In this document: piece after piece, positions 51,141-60,317 of the stretch
Layout: every line of letters begins with the position of its first letter
Numbering within the stretch: the first letter of the stretch is position 1
Assembly (NCBI GenBank): GCA_040755495.1
Contig: JBFMAT010000007.1
Location: 23,455 to 87,454 of the forward strand
Direction: 5' to 3'
DNA from: Chloroflexota bacterium
Lineage (GTDB): Bacteria > Chloroflexota > Limnocylindria > Limnocylindrales > CSP1-4
DNA: 64,000 nt
Translations under genes and position numbers: made by a program
Notes under the pieces: model-generated
What the model saw: the letters and a program-made list of their open reading frames with translations, nothing else
What the model was told of the DNA's origin: nothing
Databases searched by the model: none

Positions 51141-53567
51141 TCAGGTCCGGCTGCGCCGGGTACCGGCCCCCGAGCGCGATCCCGTCGCCGAACCGCGCCC
51201 GCCGCGCCGTCCCGTGCCCGGTGCACGGCCGCCACCGCGCCGCCCGCCGGCCCGCGCCGGGCGCTCCAGCGCCTTGGGGTCGGGCGGGCCACCCGGCAGG
51301 CGCAGGCCCACCAGCGAGCCGTCCGGCAGCGGGACCGCGGCGCCGCAGGTGAGGCACAGCCCGGCCTCGCCCCGGCGCGCCACCGCACCCTTGCCGTCGT
51401 CGTGGGCGTCATGGACGGCCCCGGTGGGCGGGTCGTTGGTCGTGAAGTCGCAGCGCGGGTAGGCGGAACACCCCCAGAAGACGTTGCCGGTGCGCCGAGC
51501 GCGACGCGCCGTGAGGGTGCCGTCCGCATTCCTGGGGCACACGACCTCGAACGGCAGCTGGTCGGGGGGCGGCGGCCCGTCGCGGCGGATGTAGTCGCAG
51601 TCCGGGTAGCGGGAGCAGCCCACGAACGCCCCGAACCGGCCGCGTCGCGTGGTCAGGGTGCCCTCGCCGCACTGCGGGCAGGCCTCGCCGTCGCCCTCAA
51701 GGCGCGGCGCCTCCTCGCCCGGCAGGGGCCGCGTCTCCTTGTGCTCCGGGTACGTCGAGCAGGCGAGGAACTTCCCGTTGCGGCCCAGCCGGATGACCAT
51801 CGGGTGGCCCTCGGAGCACACCTCGTCGGTGGCCTCGGTGGTGAAGTCCCGGCGCTTGAGCTCGCGGCGCTTCTCGTCCACGCGGTCCTTGAGCGGGCCG
51901 AAGAACGCGCGCAGCAGGGGCACCCACTCGCGCTCGCCGCGGGCGACCTCGTCGAGCTCCTCCTCCATCCGCGCCGTGAACGCGAGGTCCACGTACTCGC
52001 CGAAGTGGGCGACCAGGAGGTCGGTCACGATCTCGCCGATCTCCTCGGGCTGGAGGCGCCGCTCCTCGACCCGCACGTAGCCTCGCTCGAGGATGGTGGA
52101 GATCGTCGCGGCGTACGTCGACGGGCGGCCGATCCCGTTCTCCTCGAGGGCCTTGATCAGCGTCGCCTCCGTGTAGCGCGGCGGCGGTTCCGTGAAGTGC
52201 TGGGTCGAGGTGACGTCCAGGACGCGCGTCGCGTCGCCCTCGCGCAGCGGCGGCAGCGTGCGCTCCGCTTCCTCGGCCGCGTCGTCGATGCCCTCCGTGT
52301 AGACCCGGGCGAATCCGTCGAACAGCGTCCGCGTGGCCGATGCCCGCAGGCGGTACTCGCCGGCGGTCAGCTCCACCGTCGTCGTCTCGAGCTCCTTGGG
52401 CGCCATCTGCGACGCGAGCGCGCGCTGCCAGATCAGGCGGTAGAGCTTGAGCTCCTCGGTCTTGAGGTGCGCCCGCATCGAGTCCGGGTCCCGACGGAAC
52501 GACGTCGGCCGGATCGACTCGTGCGCCTCCTGGGCGCCCTTCGCCTTGGTCTTGTAGACCCGGCCCTTGCCGGTGCCGTAGCGCTCCCCGAACCGGTCGC
52601 GGATCACCGCCTGGGCCTCGGCCATCGCCACGCCCGCGATCGCCGTCGAGTCCGTCCGCATGTACGTGATCAGGCCGGCGTGCCCGTCCGGGGTGTCCAC
52701 GCCCTCGTACAGCCGCTGCGCGATCGACATCGTGCGCTTGGGGCTGAAGCCCAGCTTGCGGCTCGCCTCCTGCTGCAGCGTGCTGGTCGTGAACGGCGGC
52801 GCCGGGGTCCGCTTCGACGGCCGGGTCGCGACCGAGTCCACGACCGGTCGCAGGGCGCGCAGCGCGGCCGCGTGGTGCCGCGCCGTGTCCCCGTCGCCGA
52901 GGTCGAGCGGCTTGCCGGCGATCCGCACGACGTCCGCCGTGAACTGGGTGCCGTCCGGGGCCGCCAGCAGCGCCTCGAGGGTCCAGTACTCGCGGGCCAG
53001 GAACGCGCGGATCTCGCGCTCGCGCTCCACGACCAGCCGCACGGCCACCGACTGCACCCGCCCGGCCGACAGGCCGCCGCGGACCTTGCGCGACAGGAGC
53101 GGGCTCAGCGTGTAGCCCACCAGGCGGTCCACGATCCGGCGCGCCTGCTGCGCGTCCACGAGGTCGTGGTCGATCTCACGCGGGCTGGCGAACGCCGCGC
53201 GGATCGCCCCCTCGGTGATCTCGCTGAAGGTCACCCGGCGCGCCTTGGAGGCCGGGACGTTGGCCGCCTCCGCCACGTGCCAGGCGATCGCCTCGCCCTC
53301 GCGGTCGAGGTCCGTCGCGAGGTACACCGCGTCCGCGGTCCGGGCCGCCTTCTCGATCGCGGACACCTGCTTGCGGCGATCGTCGGTCACGACGTACTGG
53401 GGCGCGAAGTCGTTGTCGACGTCCACGCCGAACTTGCCCTTGCCCGGGTTCTCCGGCAGGTCGCGGACGTGGCCGTACGACGCGAGGACCTGGTAGTCCC
53501 CGCCGAGGTAGCGCTCGATCGTCCGCGCCTTGGCGGGCGACTCCACGATCACGAGGTGCTTGGGCAT
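51141..53567 (-). CDS. topA: DNA topoisomerase I
   Basis: 808-aa ORF. Toprim domain (LVIVESPAKARTIERYLG, ATDLDREGEAIAWH), the catalytic Tyr region (GLITYMRTDS), several C-terminal CxxC zinc ribbons and an Arg/Gly-rich tail. Confidence 0.96.
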   Translation of the reverse strand: MPKHLVIVESPAKARTIERYLGGDYQVLASYGHVRDLPENPGKGKFGVDVDNDFAPQYVVTDDRRKQVSAIEKAARTADAVYLATDLDREGEAIAWHVAEAANVPASKARRVTFSEITEGAIRAAFASPREIDHDLVDAQQARRIVDRLVGYTLSPLLSRKVRGGLSAGRVQSVAVRLVVEREREIRAFLAREYWTLEALLAAPDGTQFTADVVRIAGKPLDLGDGDTARHHAAALRALRPVVDSVATRPSKRTPAPPFTTSTLQQEASRKLGFSPKRTMSIAQRLYEGVDTPDGHAGLITYMRTDSTAIAGVAMAEAQAVIRDRFGERYGTGKGRVYKTKAKGAQEAHESIRPTSFRRDPDSMRAHLKTEELKLYRLIWQRALASQMAPKELETTTVELTAGEYRLRASATRTLFDGFARVYTEGIDDAAEEAERTLPPLREGDATRVLDVTSTQHFTEPPPRYTEATLIKALEENGIGRPSTYAATISTILERGYVRVEERRLQPEEIGEIVTDLLVAHFGEYVDLAFTARMEEELDEVARGEREWVPLLRAFFGPLKDRVDEKRRELKRRDFTTEATDEVCSEGHPMVIRLGRNGKFLACSTYPEHKETRPLPGEEAPRLEGDGEACPQCGEGTLTTRRGRFGAFVGCSRYPDCDYIRRDGPPPPDQLPFEVVCPRNADGTLTARRARRTGNVFWGCSAYPRCDFTTNDPPTGAVHDAHDDGKGAVARRGEAGLCLTCGAAVPLPDGSLVGLRLPGGPPDPKALERPARAGGRRGGGRAPGTGRRGGRGSATGSRSGAGTRRSRT

Positions 53568-53623
53568 GGCGGCCGGGAGTGTAGCACCGGCCTCCTTGCG
53601 CGCCGCTTACTCGCGCGCCGGCC

Positions 53624-54055
53624 TCAGATGTCGCGGATCCGTTGCAGGAAGCCCTCGTCGATCTCGAGGTCGAGGTCGCCATCGCCGTCGGCGTCGGCGT
53701 CGTCATCGGGGCCGGCGAGCGGGGCCGGCAGGCGAAGCGCGGCCAGCTCGCCGGGGTCGTCCGTCGTGGCCGCGCCCGCCGCGCCGTTCGAGCCGCCCGC
53801 GCGGGCCGGCGTCGCAGGGCCACCGGCCGCGACGGCGCTGGCGTCGAGGGCGCCCTCCGGGATCTCGATGAACCGGATCACGTGGTAGGGGAAGAAGAAC
53901 GTGGCGCCCGTCTGGTCGATGAACACCGGCCGCTTGCCGTCCATCATCCGGACGTTCGTGCACAGCAGGCCGGCGTCGGCGGCGGTGGGGATGGTGTACA
54001 GGTCGGCCAGCAGCGGCTGCTCGTTCTCGACGTGGATGCAGACGTTTCGGATCAC
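53624..54055 (-). CDS. Hypothetical protein (compact N-domain of about 75 aa plus an acidic disordered tail)
   Basis: 143-aa ORF with a GTG start (GAGGA 8 nt upstream) and high third-position GC: MIRNVCIHVENEQPLLADLYTIPTAADAGLLCTNVRMMDGKRPVFIDQTGATFFFPYHVIRFIEIPEG, then ...DDDADADGDGDLDLEIDEGFLQRIRDI. No family recognised. Confidence 0.6.
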   Translation of the reverse strand: MIRNVCIHVENEQPLLADLYTIPTAADAGLLCTNVRMMDGKRPVFIDQTGATFFFPYHVIRFIEIPEGALDASAVAAGGPATPARAGGSNGAAGAATTDDPGELAALRLPAPLAGPDDDADADGDGDLDLEIDEGFLQRIRDI

Positions 54056-54128
54056 GTGGGCATCCTCGCGCCCGGACCCGCCTGCGTCACCCGCCCGATG
54101 GTCCCGTCACCTTCGGGGACCGGATGGT

Positions 54129-55769
54129 CTAGGGGTGGTAGAAGTCCACCACCAGGCGGACCCGGCCGCCCGACACCCAGACGCCGATCCCCGCGCGGTC
54201 GTAGTCGGGGTTCATCATGTTCCGGTAGTGGCCGCCGTTGTACGGCTTCTCGCTCTGGAAGTAGCGGTGCGAGCCGAGCACCGCCGAGTACGGGTTGCCG
54301 GAGCGGCAGCCGAGGTTCTCGGCCCAGCGGTAGCTCGTGTAGCCGGCGCGGCGGAGGCGGTCGCCCGGGTTGCCGCCGATGAAGTGGCTGCACTCCCCGC
54401 GGGTCGCCAGCAGCTTCGCGTACGGGCGGGAGACTTCGCTGCTGATGCCCGGGCTGAGCGAGAGGGCCGCGACGCTGCGCCCGCCCGGCGAGGAGCAGTT
54501 GCCCTCGGACGTCACCCAGCCACCGGTGCGGGTGCAGTTCATGAGCTGCAGGTAGTACGACTCGACGCCCCGCCAGCTGCCCGACACGGCGCCGCCGCCG
54601 CCCGTCTTGCTGATCGGCCGGGTCGTGGGCTTGGCGACGGTCGGCCTGGGGCGCGGCTTGGGCTTGGGCTCCACGACGAAGGTGCCGGTCGCGGCCGCCG
54701 CGAGCGCGACGCCCGCCTTCGACGTCGCTCGGTCGTCCACCGTCACCGTGACCCTCGCGCCGTAGGGCAGGACGGCCTTGGGCTCGAACACCAGCACGGT
54801 TCCCTTCTCGGCCCAGTCGATGGTGCCGGCGACCGGCTTGCCGGCGGCCGACACGCGGAACGCCGCGGCCGTCGTCGTGCGGTCCATGCGCTCCGTGAAC
54901 CGGACCGAGATGGCGTCCGTGCGCGCGACGTCCTTCGTGTCGTCGCGGGGGCGGAAGCGGACCACCTTGGGCGCGGCCGTGGTCGTGACGCGCAGCTCGG
55001 GCAGCGTGGCGAACGCGACGCCGCTCTCGTCCGACAGCCCCTCGAGCCAGACACGGTACGTCGTGCCGGGCGAGAGCCGGGCGTAGGGGCGGAACGTGAA
55101 CTCGCCGGGGACGTCCCCGGCCGAGAGCTCGCCGTTGACGTATGGGACGACGCGCAGCGCGGCCAGGACGTCCGCCGCCGAGAGCTCGCGGTCCGCCGCG
55201 ATCCGGAAGGCCGTGTCGAGTCGCGCCTGCCGGCCGACCATGGCGGTCGCCTCGAGGCGGGCGCTGCCGGCCCGCTCGGTGAGGACCAGGGCGTGCAGGG
55301 ACCTGGCGAGCGTGCCCCCGGCGACCGCCCGGGCGGTCTCGGACACGGTGACCGAGTACAGGGTGTCCGGGAGCCAGTGCCGGACCGGCGAGATGGACAG
55401 CGTGGTGCCGGTCTCGTCCCAGGCGAGCGTGACCGCGCTCTCGGGCTCGACGCGCACGGCGGCGGCGACGGAGGCGGCGTCCATCGGTGACGCGAAGCGG
55501 ACGGTGAAGCTGGAGGTCAGGCCGTGGCCGGTTCGGACGGCATCGAGCAGCTCGGCGCCCACGGGGGCGGGCTTGCCCGAGGCGGGGCTGGCGGTGCTCG
55601 GGGACGGCGGCAGGCTGGCAACGATCACCAGGCCAACGATCGCGAACGTGGCGATGCCGGCGCCGATGCGGCTCGCGAAGCTGCGGCGGGGCAGCGATCC
55701 CAGGTAGACGGCGACATAGATGGCGACGACCACCGGGATGGCGAGCGCAAGCGCTCCGAGCTTCCGCAA
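54129..55769 (-). CDS. Membrane-anchored protein with Ig-like (SbsA/Big_5-like) repeats and a C-terminal CAP/SCP (PR-1-like) domain
   Basis: TTG at 55769 (GGAGGAG 5 nt upstream) gives 546 aa. An N-terminal TM pair is followed by three repeats of the type V.V.F..PMD..S....(F)RV.P......L.W...GT.L...P...L.P.T.Y.V.V, then a Pro/Lys linker. The C-terminus carries ...WAENLG...NPY.AVLG.H..F..E...NGGHY.NMMNP.YDR.GIGVW. Confidence 0.75.
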   Translation of the reverse strand: MRKLGALALAIPVVVAIYVAVYLGSLPRRSFASRIGAGIATFAIVGLVIVASLPPSPSTASPASGKPAPVGAELLDAVRTGHGLTSSFTVRFASPMDAASVAAAVRVEPESAVTLAWDETGTTLSISPVRHWLPDTLYSVTVSETARAVAGGTLARSLHALVLTERAGSARLEATAMVGRQARLDTAFRIAADRELSAADVLAALRVVPYVNGELSAGDVPGEFTFRPYARLSPGTTYRVWLEGLSDESGVAFATLPELRVTTTAAPKVVRFRPRDDTKDVARTDAISVRFTERMDRTTTAAAFRVSAAGKPVAGTIDWAEKGTVLVFEPKAVLPYGARVTVTVDDRATSKAGVALAAAATGTFVVEPKPKPRPRPTVAKPTTRPISKTGGGGAVSGSWRGVESYYLQLMNCTRTGGWVTSEGNCSSPGGRSVAALSLSPGISSEVSRPYAKLLATRGECSHFIGGNPGDRLRRAGYTSYRWAENLGCRSGNPYSAVLGSHRYFQSEKPYNGGHYRNMMNPDYDRAGIGVWVSGGRVRLVVDFYHP

Positions 55770-55814
55770 TAGATCTCCTCCGTCCGCGCAGCCGGGGCGG
55801 CCACTCGGCTGGCC

Positions 55815-55861
55815 GCGACCTCCGCAGGGCGATTCCGGGCTGCGGCGGGATCGGAGGTCGC
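55815..55861. other. Long GC-rich inverted repeat (terminator or 5'-leader stem-loop)
   Basis: GCGACCTCCG(CAG)...(CTGCGG)...CGGAGGTCGC: perfect 10-bp outer arms with an inner CCGCAG/CTGCGG helix. It lies between the dprA stop (56030) and the CAP-domain gene start (55769). A TGCTACCCT extended -10-like motif (minus strand, 55866-55874) sits just upstream. Confidence 0.4.
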
Positions 55862-56029
55862 CGCGAGGGTAGCACCGGGTCGCCGGGGAGGGCAACCTCG
55901 GGAAGGTCCGGGAGCGCCCCGGGCGCGTGGTCTGGCGGCGCCGGCAGCGGGCCTGGGCGCTGGGTCCGGCGGCGTCCGCGGCGGCCCCGGCGGACGATCG
56001 GCTGCCCCGGTGGAGCCCGTCCGCCCGCG

Positions 56030-57421
56030 TCAGGCGGCACGTCCGCCGCGCGCCGCCTGCGCCGGGACGACGGCCCGGGCACGCTCGCTGGCCCGGGCCA
56101 GGGGGCCCGCGGGACGGTAGCGGCCGAACGCCTCGAGGACGAGCCCGCGGACCTCCAGCGAGGTCAGGACGCCGAGCACGGTGGCCCCGGAGGACGCGGT
56201 CGAGGCGACGAGCTCGTCCACCGTGCCGGTGCCGGCGAGCAGCTCGCGGGCAACCGACCGCTCGGCCGGCCCGAGGGTCGCCATCAGGGCATCGAGCGCC
56301 AGCTGTCCGGGCCGCCGGCCATCGGCCGGCCCGCCATGCGCCCCACCGTCCGGGATCCCGCCCTCCGCCGGCGCCTCCAGGAGGCCGAGATCCTCGAGCA
56401 GCTCCGGGACGCCGGCCACGATCCGCGCCTCGGGCGACGCCTCGCGCAGGAACGCGAGGCAGCCGGCGACCGCCGGGTCGCCCACCCGACCGGGCACGAC
56501 GTGGAGGCCCCTGCCCTGCTCCAGCGCCCAGGCCGCGGTCGTGAGGGCGCCGCTCCGGGCGCCCGCCTCGACGACGACCGTGGCGTCGGCGAGCCCGCTG
56601 ATGATCCGGTTGCGCCGGGGAAAGGTGCCCCGGGTGGGGATGACGTCCGGGGCGAACTCGCTCACGACCGCCCCGCCGCCCGCCACGATCGCGTCCGCGA
56701 GGCCGCGGTGTGCCGCCGGGTACAGCCGGGCGTGGCCGCCACCGATGACCGCGACCGTGGGCGTGCCGGCGCGGATCGTCGCCGCGTGGGCGGCCGCGTC
56801 GATGCCCAGCGCGAGCCCGGACACGACGGTCGCGCCGAGGCCGGCCACAGCCTCCGCGATCCGGTCGGCCAGCGCGCGCCCCGTCCCGGTGGGCCGCCGG
56901 GTGCCGACGATCGCCACGGCCCGCGGCCGGTCCAGCGCCGCGACGTCGCCGCGCAGGAACAGCACGGGCGGCGGCAGCTCGATGCGCCGCAGCCGCGCCG
57001 GGTACGCCTCGTCCGCGAGGGTGAGCACGCGCAGTCCCGCGGCGCGCGTCGGCGCGAGCCGGCGGTCCGCGTCGCGCGCGGCGTCCGCGATGGCCCGCGC
57101 CACGTCCGGCGTCAGCGTGGCCGGCCCGCCGTCCTGGTCCCGGGACGCCGCGACGAGCCGCGCGGCCGCCCCGCGCTCGAGCGCGTCGCGCAGCACGGCG
57201 CCCGCGCTGCCGTACGCGCGCACCAGGCGCTCGAACGACACGGGGCCGACGCCGTGCGCGCCCGCCAGCACCACCCATGCGTCGCGCTCGGCCGCATCGG
57301 GTCCTGAGGGGGCCCCCGCGGCGTGCAGGGCGGGGCGGGCCTCGATCGTCATCGACGCCGGGCCGCCGGGGAGGTCCGGCTCCGCCCGCCCGACCGGCCC
57401 GCGCCGCCCGATGCCGAGCAT
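56030..57421 (-). CDS. dprA: DNA-processing protein DprA (Smf)
   Basis: Motifs VAIVGTRRPT..G, VVSGLALGIDAAAH, TVAVIGGG....YP..H, GGAVVSEF.P, P.RGTFPRRNRIISGL and VVEA..RSGAL.TA. The ATG at 57421 overlaps the comM stop (TGATG). An alternative ATG lies at 57352 (MTIEARP). Confidence 0.88.
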   Translation of the reverse strand: MLGIGRRGPVGRAEPDLPGGPASMTIEARPALHAAGAPSGPDAAERDAWVVLAGAHGVGPVSFERLVRAYGSAGAVLRDALERGAAARLVAASRDQDGGPATLTPDVARAIADAARDADRRLAPTRAAGLRVLTLADEAYPARLRRIELPPPVLFLRGDVAALDRPRAVAIVGTRRPTGTGRALADRIAEAVAGLGATVVSGLALGIDAAAHAATIRAGTPTVAVIGGGHARLYPAAHRGLADAIVAGGGAVVSEFAPDVIPTRGTFPRRNRIISGLADATVVVEAGARSGALTTAAWALEQGRGLHVVPGRVGDPAVAGCLAFLREASPEARIVAGVPELLEDLGLLEAPAEGGIPDGGAHGGPADGRRPGQLALDALMATLGPAERSVARELLAGTGTVDELVASTASSGATVLGVLTSLEVRGLVLEAFGRYRPAGPLARASERARAVVPAQAARGGRAA

Positions 57422-59016
57422 CAGCTCGCCCGTCCCAGCGCCAGGCGGTCCACGGGCGCGCGGAACCGGGCCGCCTCGTCCAGGTGCGCCGATCCCACCG
57501 CGTCCGAGCCGTCGAGGTCCGCGATCGTCCGCGCGACGCGGAGCAGCCGCTCGGTGCCGCGCCCCGACAGGCCCTCGAGCTCCGCGAGCCGGATGGCGCG
57601 CGCCCGGGCCCGGTCGTCGAGCGCGCACAGGGCACGCAGCTCGCGGCCGCGGACACGGGCGTTGGACCGCCCCGGGGTCCGCGCCTGCTGACGCGTCCGC
57701 GCCGTCGCGATGCGTGCGGCGACCACGGCAGACGGCTCCGGGCTCGCCGGCCCGACGAGCACGGCCGGCGGCACCCGGTCCACGTCGACCCACAGGTCGA
57801 ACCGGTCCCGGAGCGGCCCCGAGACGCGCCGCTGGTAGCGCTCCGGGACGTAGGGTGGGCAGGTGCAGGTCCGGTCCGCCGAGCCGTACTGGCCGCAGGG
57901 GCACGGGTTCATCGCCGCGACCAGCGTGAACCGGGCCGGGAACGTCTCCGCGCGGCCCACCCGGACGACGCTCACGCTGCCGTCCTCGAGCGGCTGGCGG
58001 AGCGCCTCGAGCACGTCCCGCCCGAACTCCGGCAGCTCGCCCAGGAACAGCACGCCCTCATGTGCCAGGCTGACCTCCCCTGGCGACATCCGGGGCCCGC
58101 CGCCCACCATGCCCGCGTACGACGTCGTGTGGTGGGGCGCCCGGACCGGCGGCCGCCGGACGAGCCGCGTCACCGGGGCACCGGCGACCGATGCGACGAC
58201 CGTCGCCGTCAGGGCGGCATCGTCGTCGAGATCCGGCAGCAGCGCCGGGATCGTCCGCGCGAGCAGCGTCTTGCCGGCCCCGGGCGGGCCGATGAACAGC
58301 AGCGCGTGACCGCCCGCGAGGGCGATCTCGAGCGCTCGGCGCGCGACGACCTGCCCCCGGACGTCGGCGAGGTCCACGACGTCCTCGTGCTCGGTCGCGG
58401 GCGTCGCCGTCGCCGCCGGCCCCACCCCGACCGGCGTCCCCTCGCCGGCACGCGGCAACGGGGACGGCATCGCGCGGCGCGAGCGCGGCGCCCGGAGCAC
58501 GTCGGCGGCCTCGGCCACGGTCGCCACGGGGACGGGCACCAGCCCCGGTGCGAGGCCCGCCTCCGGTTCGGCCTCGGCGGGCACCAGCACGCGCCGGACG
58601 CCGTGCCGCGCCATCGCGAGGCACATCGGCAGGATGCCCGGCACTGGCCGGACCTCGCCGCCCAGCCCGAGCTCCCCGATCAGCCCGACGCGGCCCGGGC
58701 CGGTCCGCAGCTGCTCGGAGCCGAGCAGGATCCCGAGCGCGATCGCGAGGTCCAGCGAGGCGCCCGCCTTGCGCAGCTCCGCCGGGGCGAGGTTGACCGT
58801 GATCCGGCGCGGCGGGTGGTGGAAGCCCGCGTTGCGCAGCGCGCCGCGGACGCGCTCGCGCGCCTCGGACAGCGCGGCGTCCGGCAGGCCGACGATCGTG
58901 AACCCGGGCAGGCCCGGCGCCACGTCCACCTCCACGCGGACGAGGCGGCCGGCGATCCCGTTGAGCGTGGCGGAGAGCAGCGTCGCAAGCACGTGCGGCA
59001 CGGTAGGCCGCGCCAC
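57421..59016 (-). CDS. comM: Mg-chelatase-like ATPase YifB/ComM
   Basis: 531-aa ORF. Lon-like N-domain (VEVDVAPGLPGFTIVGLPD.A..E.RERV..A..N), DLADVRGQ..ARRALEIA.AGGH..L.IGPPG.GKT, GE.SLAH.GVLFL.E.PEF, the zinc-motif context CPCG and DRFDL.V.V. Confidence 0.93.
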   Translation of the reverse strand: MARPTVPHVLATLLSATLNGIAGRLVRVEVDVAPGLPGFTIVGLPDAALSEARERVRGALRNAGFHHPPRRITVNLAPAELRKAGASLDLAIALGILLGSEQLRTGPGRVGLIGELGLGGEVRPVPGILPMCLAMARHGVRRVLVPAEAEPEAGLAPGLVPVPVATVAEAADVLRAPRSRRAMPSPLPRAGEGTPVGVGPAATATPATEHEDVVDLADVRGQVVARRALEIALAGGHALLFIGPPGAGKTLLARTIPALLPDLDDDAALTATVVASVAGAPVTRLVRRPPVRAPHHTTSYAGMVGGGPRMSPGEVSLAHEGVLFLGELPEFGRDVLEALRQPLEDGSVSVVRVGRAETFPARFTLVAAMNPCPCGQYGSADRTCTCPPYVPERYQRRVSGPLRDRFDLWVDVDRVPPAVLVGPASPEPSAVVAARIATARTRQQARTPGRSNARVRGRELRALCALDDRARARAIRLAELEGLSGRGTERLLRVARTIADLDGSDAVGSAHLDEAARFRAPVDRLALGRAS

Positions 59017-59077
59017 TCACCTCGCGCTTATTCAGACCACGAACCGCCGGCCGGCACGCCCGGCGGCTCGGCGGCGC

Positions 59078-60250
59078 CTAGCGCCCGGCGACGGGTGCCA
59101 GCTGCACGAGCTCGGCGGGGCCGGACTTGTCGACCGCGCGGGCGAAGTCCAGCACCGACCGCCCGAGCACCGAGTCCGCCTTGCTGGCCATGAACGGGTC
59201 GCCCGTGTTGAGGGCGGAGATCGCGCCCCGGTACTCGTTTACGATCTGGAACTCGATCGGGCGCTTGAGCGCGCCCTCGGCGCTCTTGACGTTGATGCCC
59301 GTGAACGCGTTCGAGCGGTTGAGCACGAGCTTGAGCTTGCCCGATTCGTAGCCCAGGTGGCCGATCGTCTCCAGCACCAGGCGCACGTTCTTGAGGCACG
59401 ACAGGTCCGCGGTCATCACGGCAAAGATCGTCTCGGCCACGTCGAGGACCATCAGGTTCACGTCGTCGAGCCGCTTGTCGATGTCCACGACCACGTAGTC
59501 GTAGGACTCGCGGAGCAGCTCCAGGATCTGGTGCATGTGGGCCGCGGTCACGAGGTCCGCCGACTCCGGCGACGGCGGCGCCAGCAGCAGGTCCACGCCC
59601 GAGTCGTGGGGCTGGACGATCTTGCGGATCAGGTCGCTGTCCATCGCCGGCGCGCTGACGATGTCCACGATGCTCTTGCGGTCCAGGCCGAGGTCCAGGA
59701 ACACCCGGTGATCGCCGAACTGGAGGTTCCCGTCCACGAGACACACCCGGCGACCGAGCCCCTGCAAGGCGATGGCGGCGTTGATCGCGATCGTGGTCGT
59801 GCCCACCCCGCCCTTCGCGCCGTAGTAGGCGTGGATGCGGCCCATCGGCGGCCGCCCGACGAGCGTGTCGCTGGGCGAGAAGCGGGCGATCAGGCTCTTC
59901 ATCCGCGCCAGGAGCTCGGCGGGATGGAACGGCTTGATCAGGTAGTCGTCCGCGCCGGCACGCAGCGCCCGGACCTTCTGCTGCACGTCCTTGTCGGCCG
60001 TGAGCATGATGATCGGGACGTGGCTGCCGGGCCCCTCCTCGGCGCGGATGCGGGTGGCGACCTCGTACCCGTCCAGCGTGGGCAGCGTCACGTCGAGCAG
60101 GATCAGCGTCGGCGATTCGCTCGTCCACAGCCGGAGCGCTTCGGTCCCGTCCGCCGCGAGCGCGACCTCGTACCCCTCCTGCTTGAGGGTGTACTGGAGC
60201 AGCCGCTGGACGCTCGCATCGTCGTCGACGACGAGAACCTTCCCGGTCAT
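59078..60250 (-). CDS. Response-regulator receiver domain fused to a ParA/MinD-type ATPase (CpaE/TadZ-like)
   Basis: 390-aa ORF. REC domain (KVLVVDDD, phospho-acceptor context LILLDVTLP.LDGYEV, ADDYLIKPF), then a deviant Walker A (YGAKGGVGTTTIAINAA) and YVVVDI. Confidence 0.88.
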   Translation of the reverse strand: MTGKVLVVDDDASVQRLLQYTLKQEGYEVALAADGTEALRLWTSESPTLILLDVTLPTLDGYEVATRIRAEEGPGSHVPIIMLTADKDVQQKVRALRAGADDYLIKPFHPAELLARMKSLIARFSPSDTLVGRPPMGRIHAYYGAKGGVGTTTIAINAAIALQGLGRRVCLVDGNLQFGDHRVFLDLGLDRKSIVDIVSAPAMDSDLIRKIVQPHDSGVDLLLAPPSPESADLVTAAHMHQILELLRESYDYVVVDIDKRLDDVNLMVLDVAETIFAVMTADLSCLKNVRLVLETIGHLGYESGKLKLVLNRSNAFTGINVKSAEGALKRPIEFQIVNEYRGAISALNTGDPFMASKADSVLGRSVLDFARAVDKSGPAELVQLAPVAGR

Positions 60251-60252
60251 CC

Positions 60253-60317
60253 GATCTCCCGGCGAGGCACTCGCGGGACCGAGCCCCGCGCTCGCTCCCC
60301 GGGAGATGCCTCGGTGC
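60253..60317 (-). promoter_or_regulatory. Structured 5' leader with possible Shine-Dalgarno sequestration
   Basis: The minus-strand RNA would read ...CCGAGGCA-UCUCCCGG-[CGCGGG...CCCGCG hairpin]-UGCCUCG-CCGGGAGA-UCGG-AUG. The two complementary pairs are arranged A-B...A'-B', so they are mutually exclusive or pseudoknot-like. CCGGGAGA is the likely SD. A TATACT -10-like hexamer lies just upstream (about 60319-60324). Confidence 0.35.

Noticed and set aside
55770-56029. ydaO/c-di-AMP-type or other riboswitch upstream of the CAP-domain cell-surface gene
   Set aside because: I did not see the conserved ydaO sequence blocks on the minus strand. Only a simple nested hairpin is evident, and it is reported separately.
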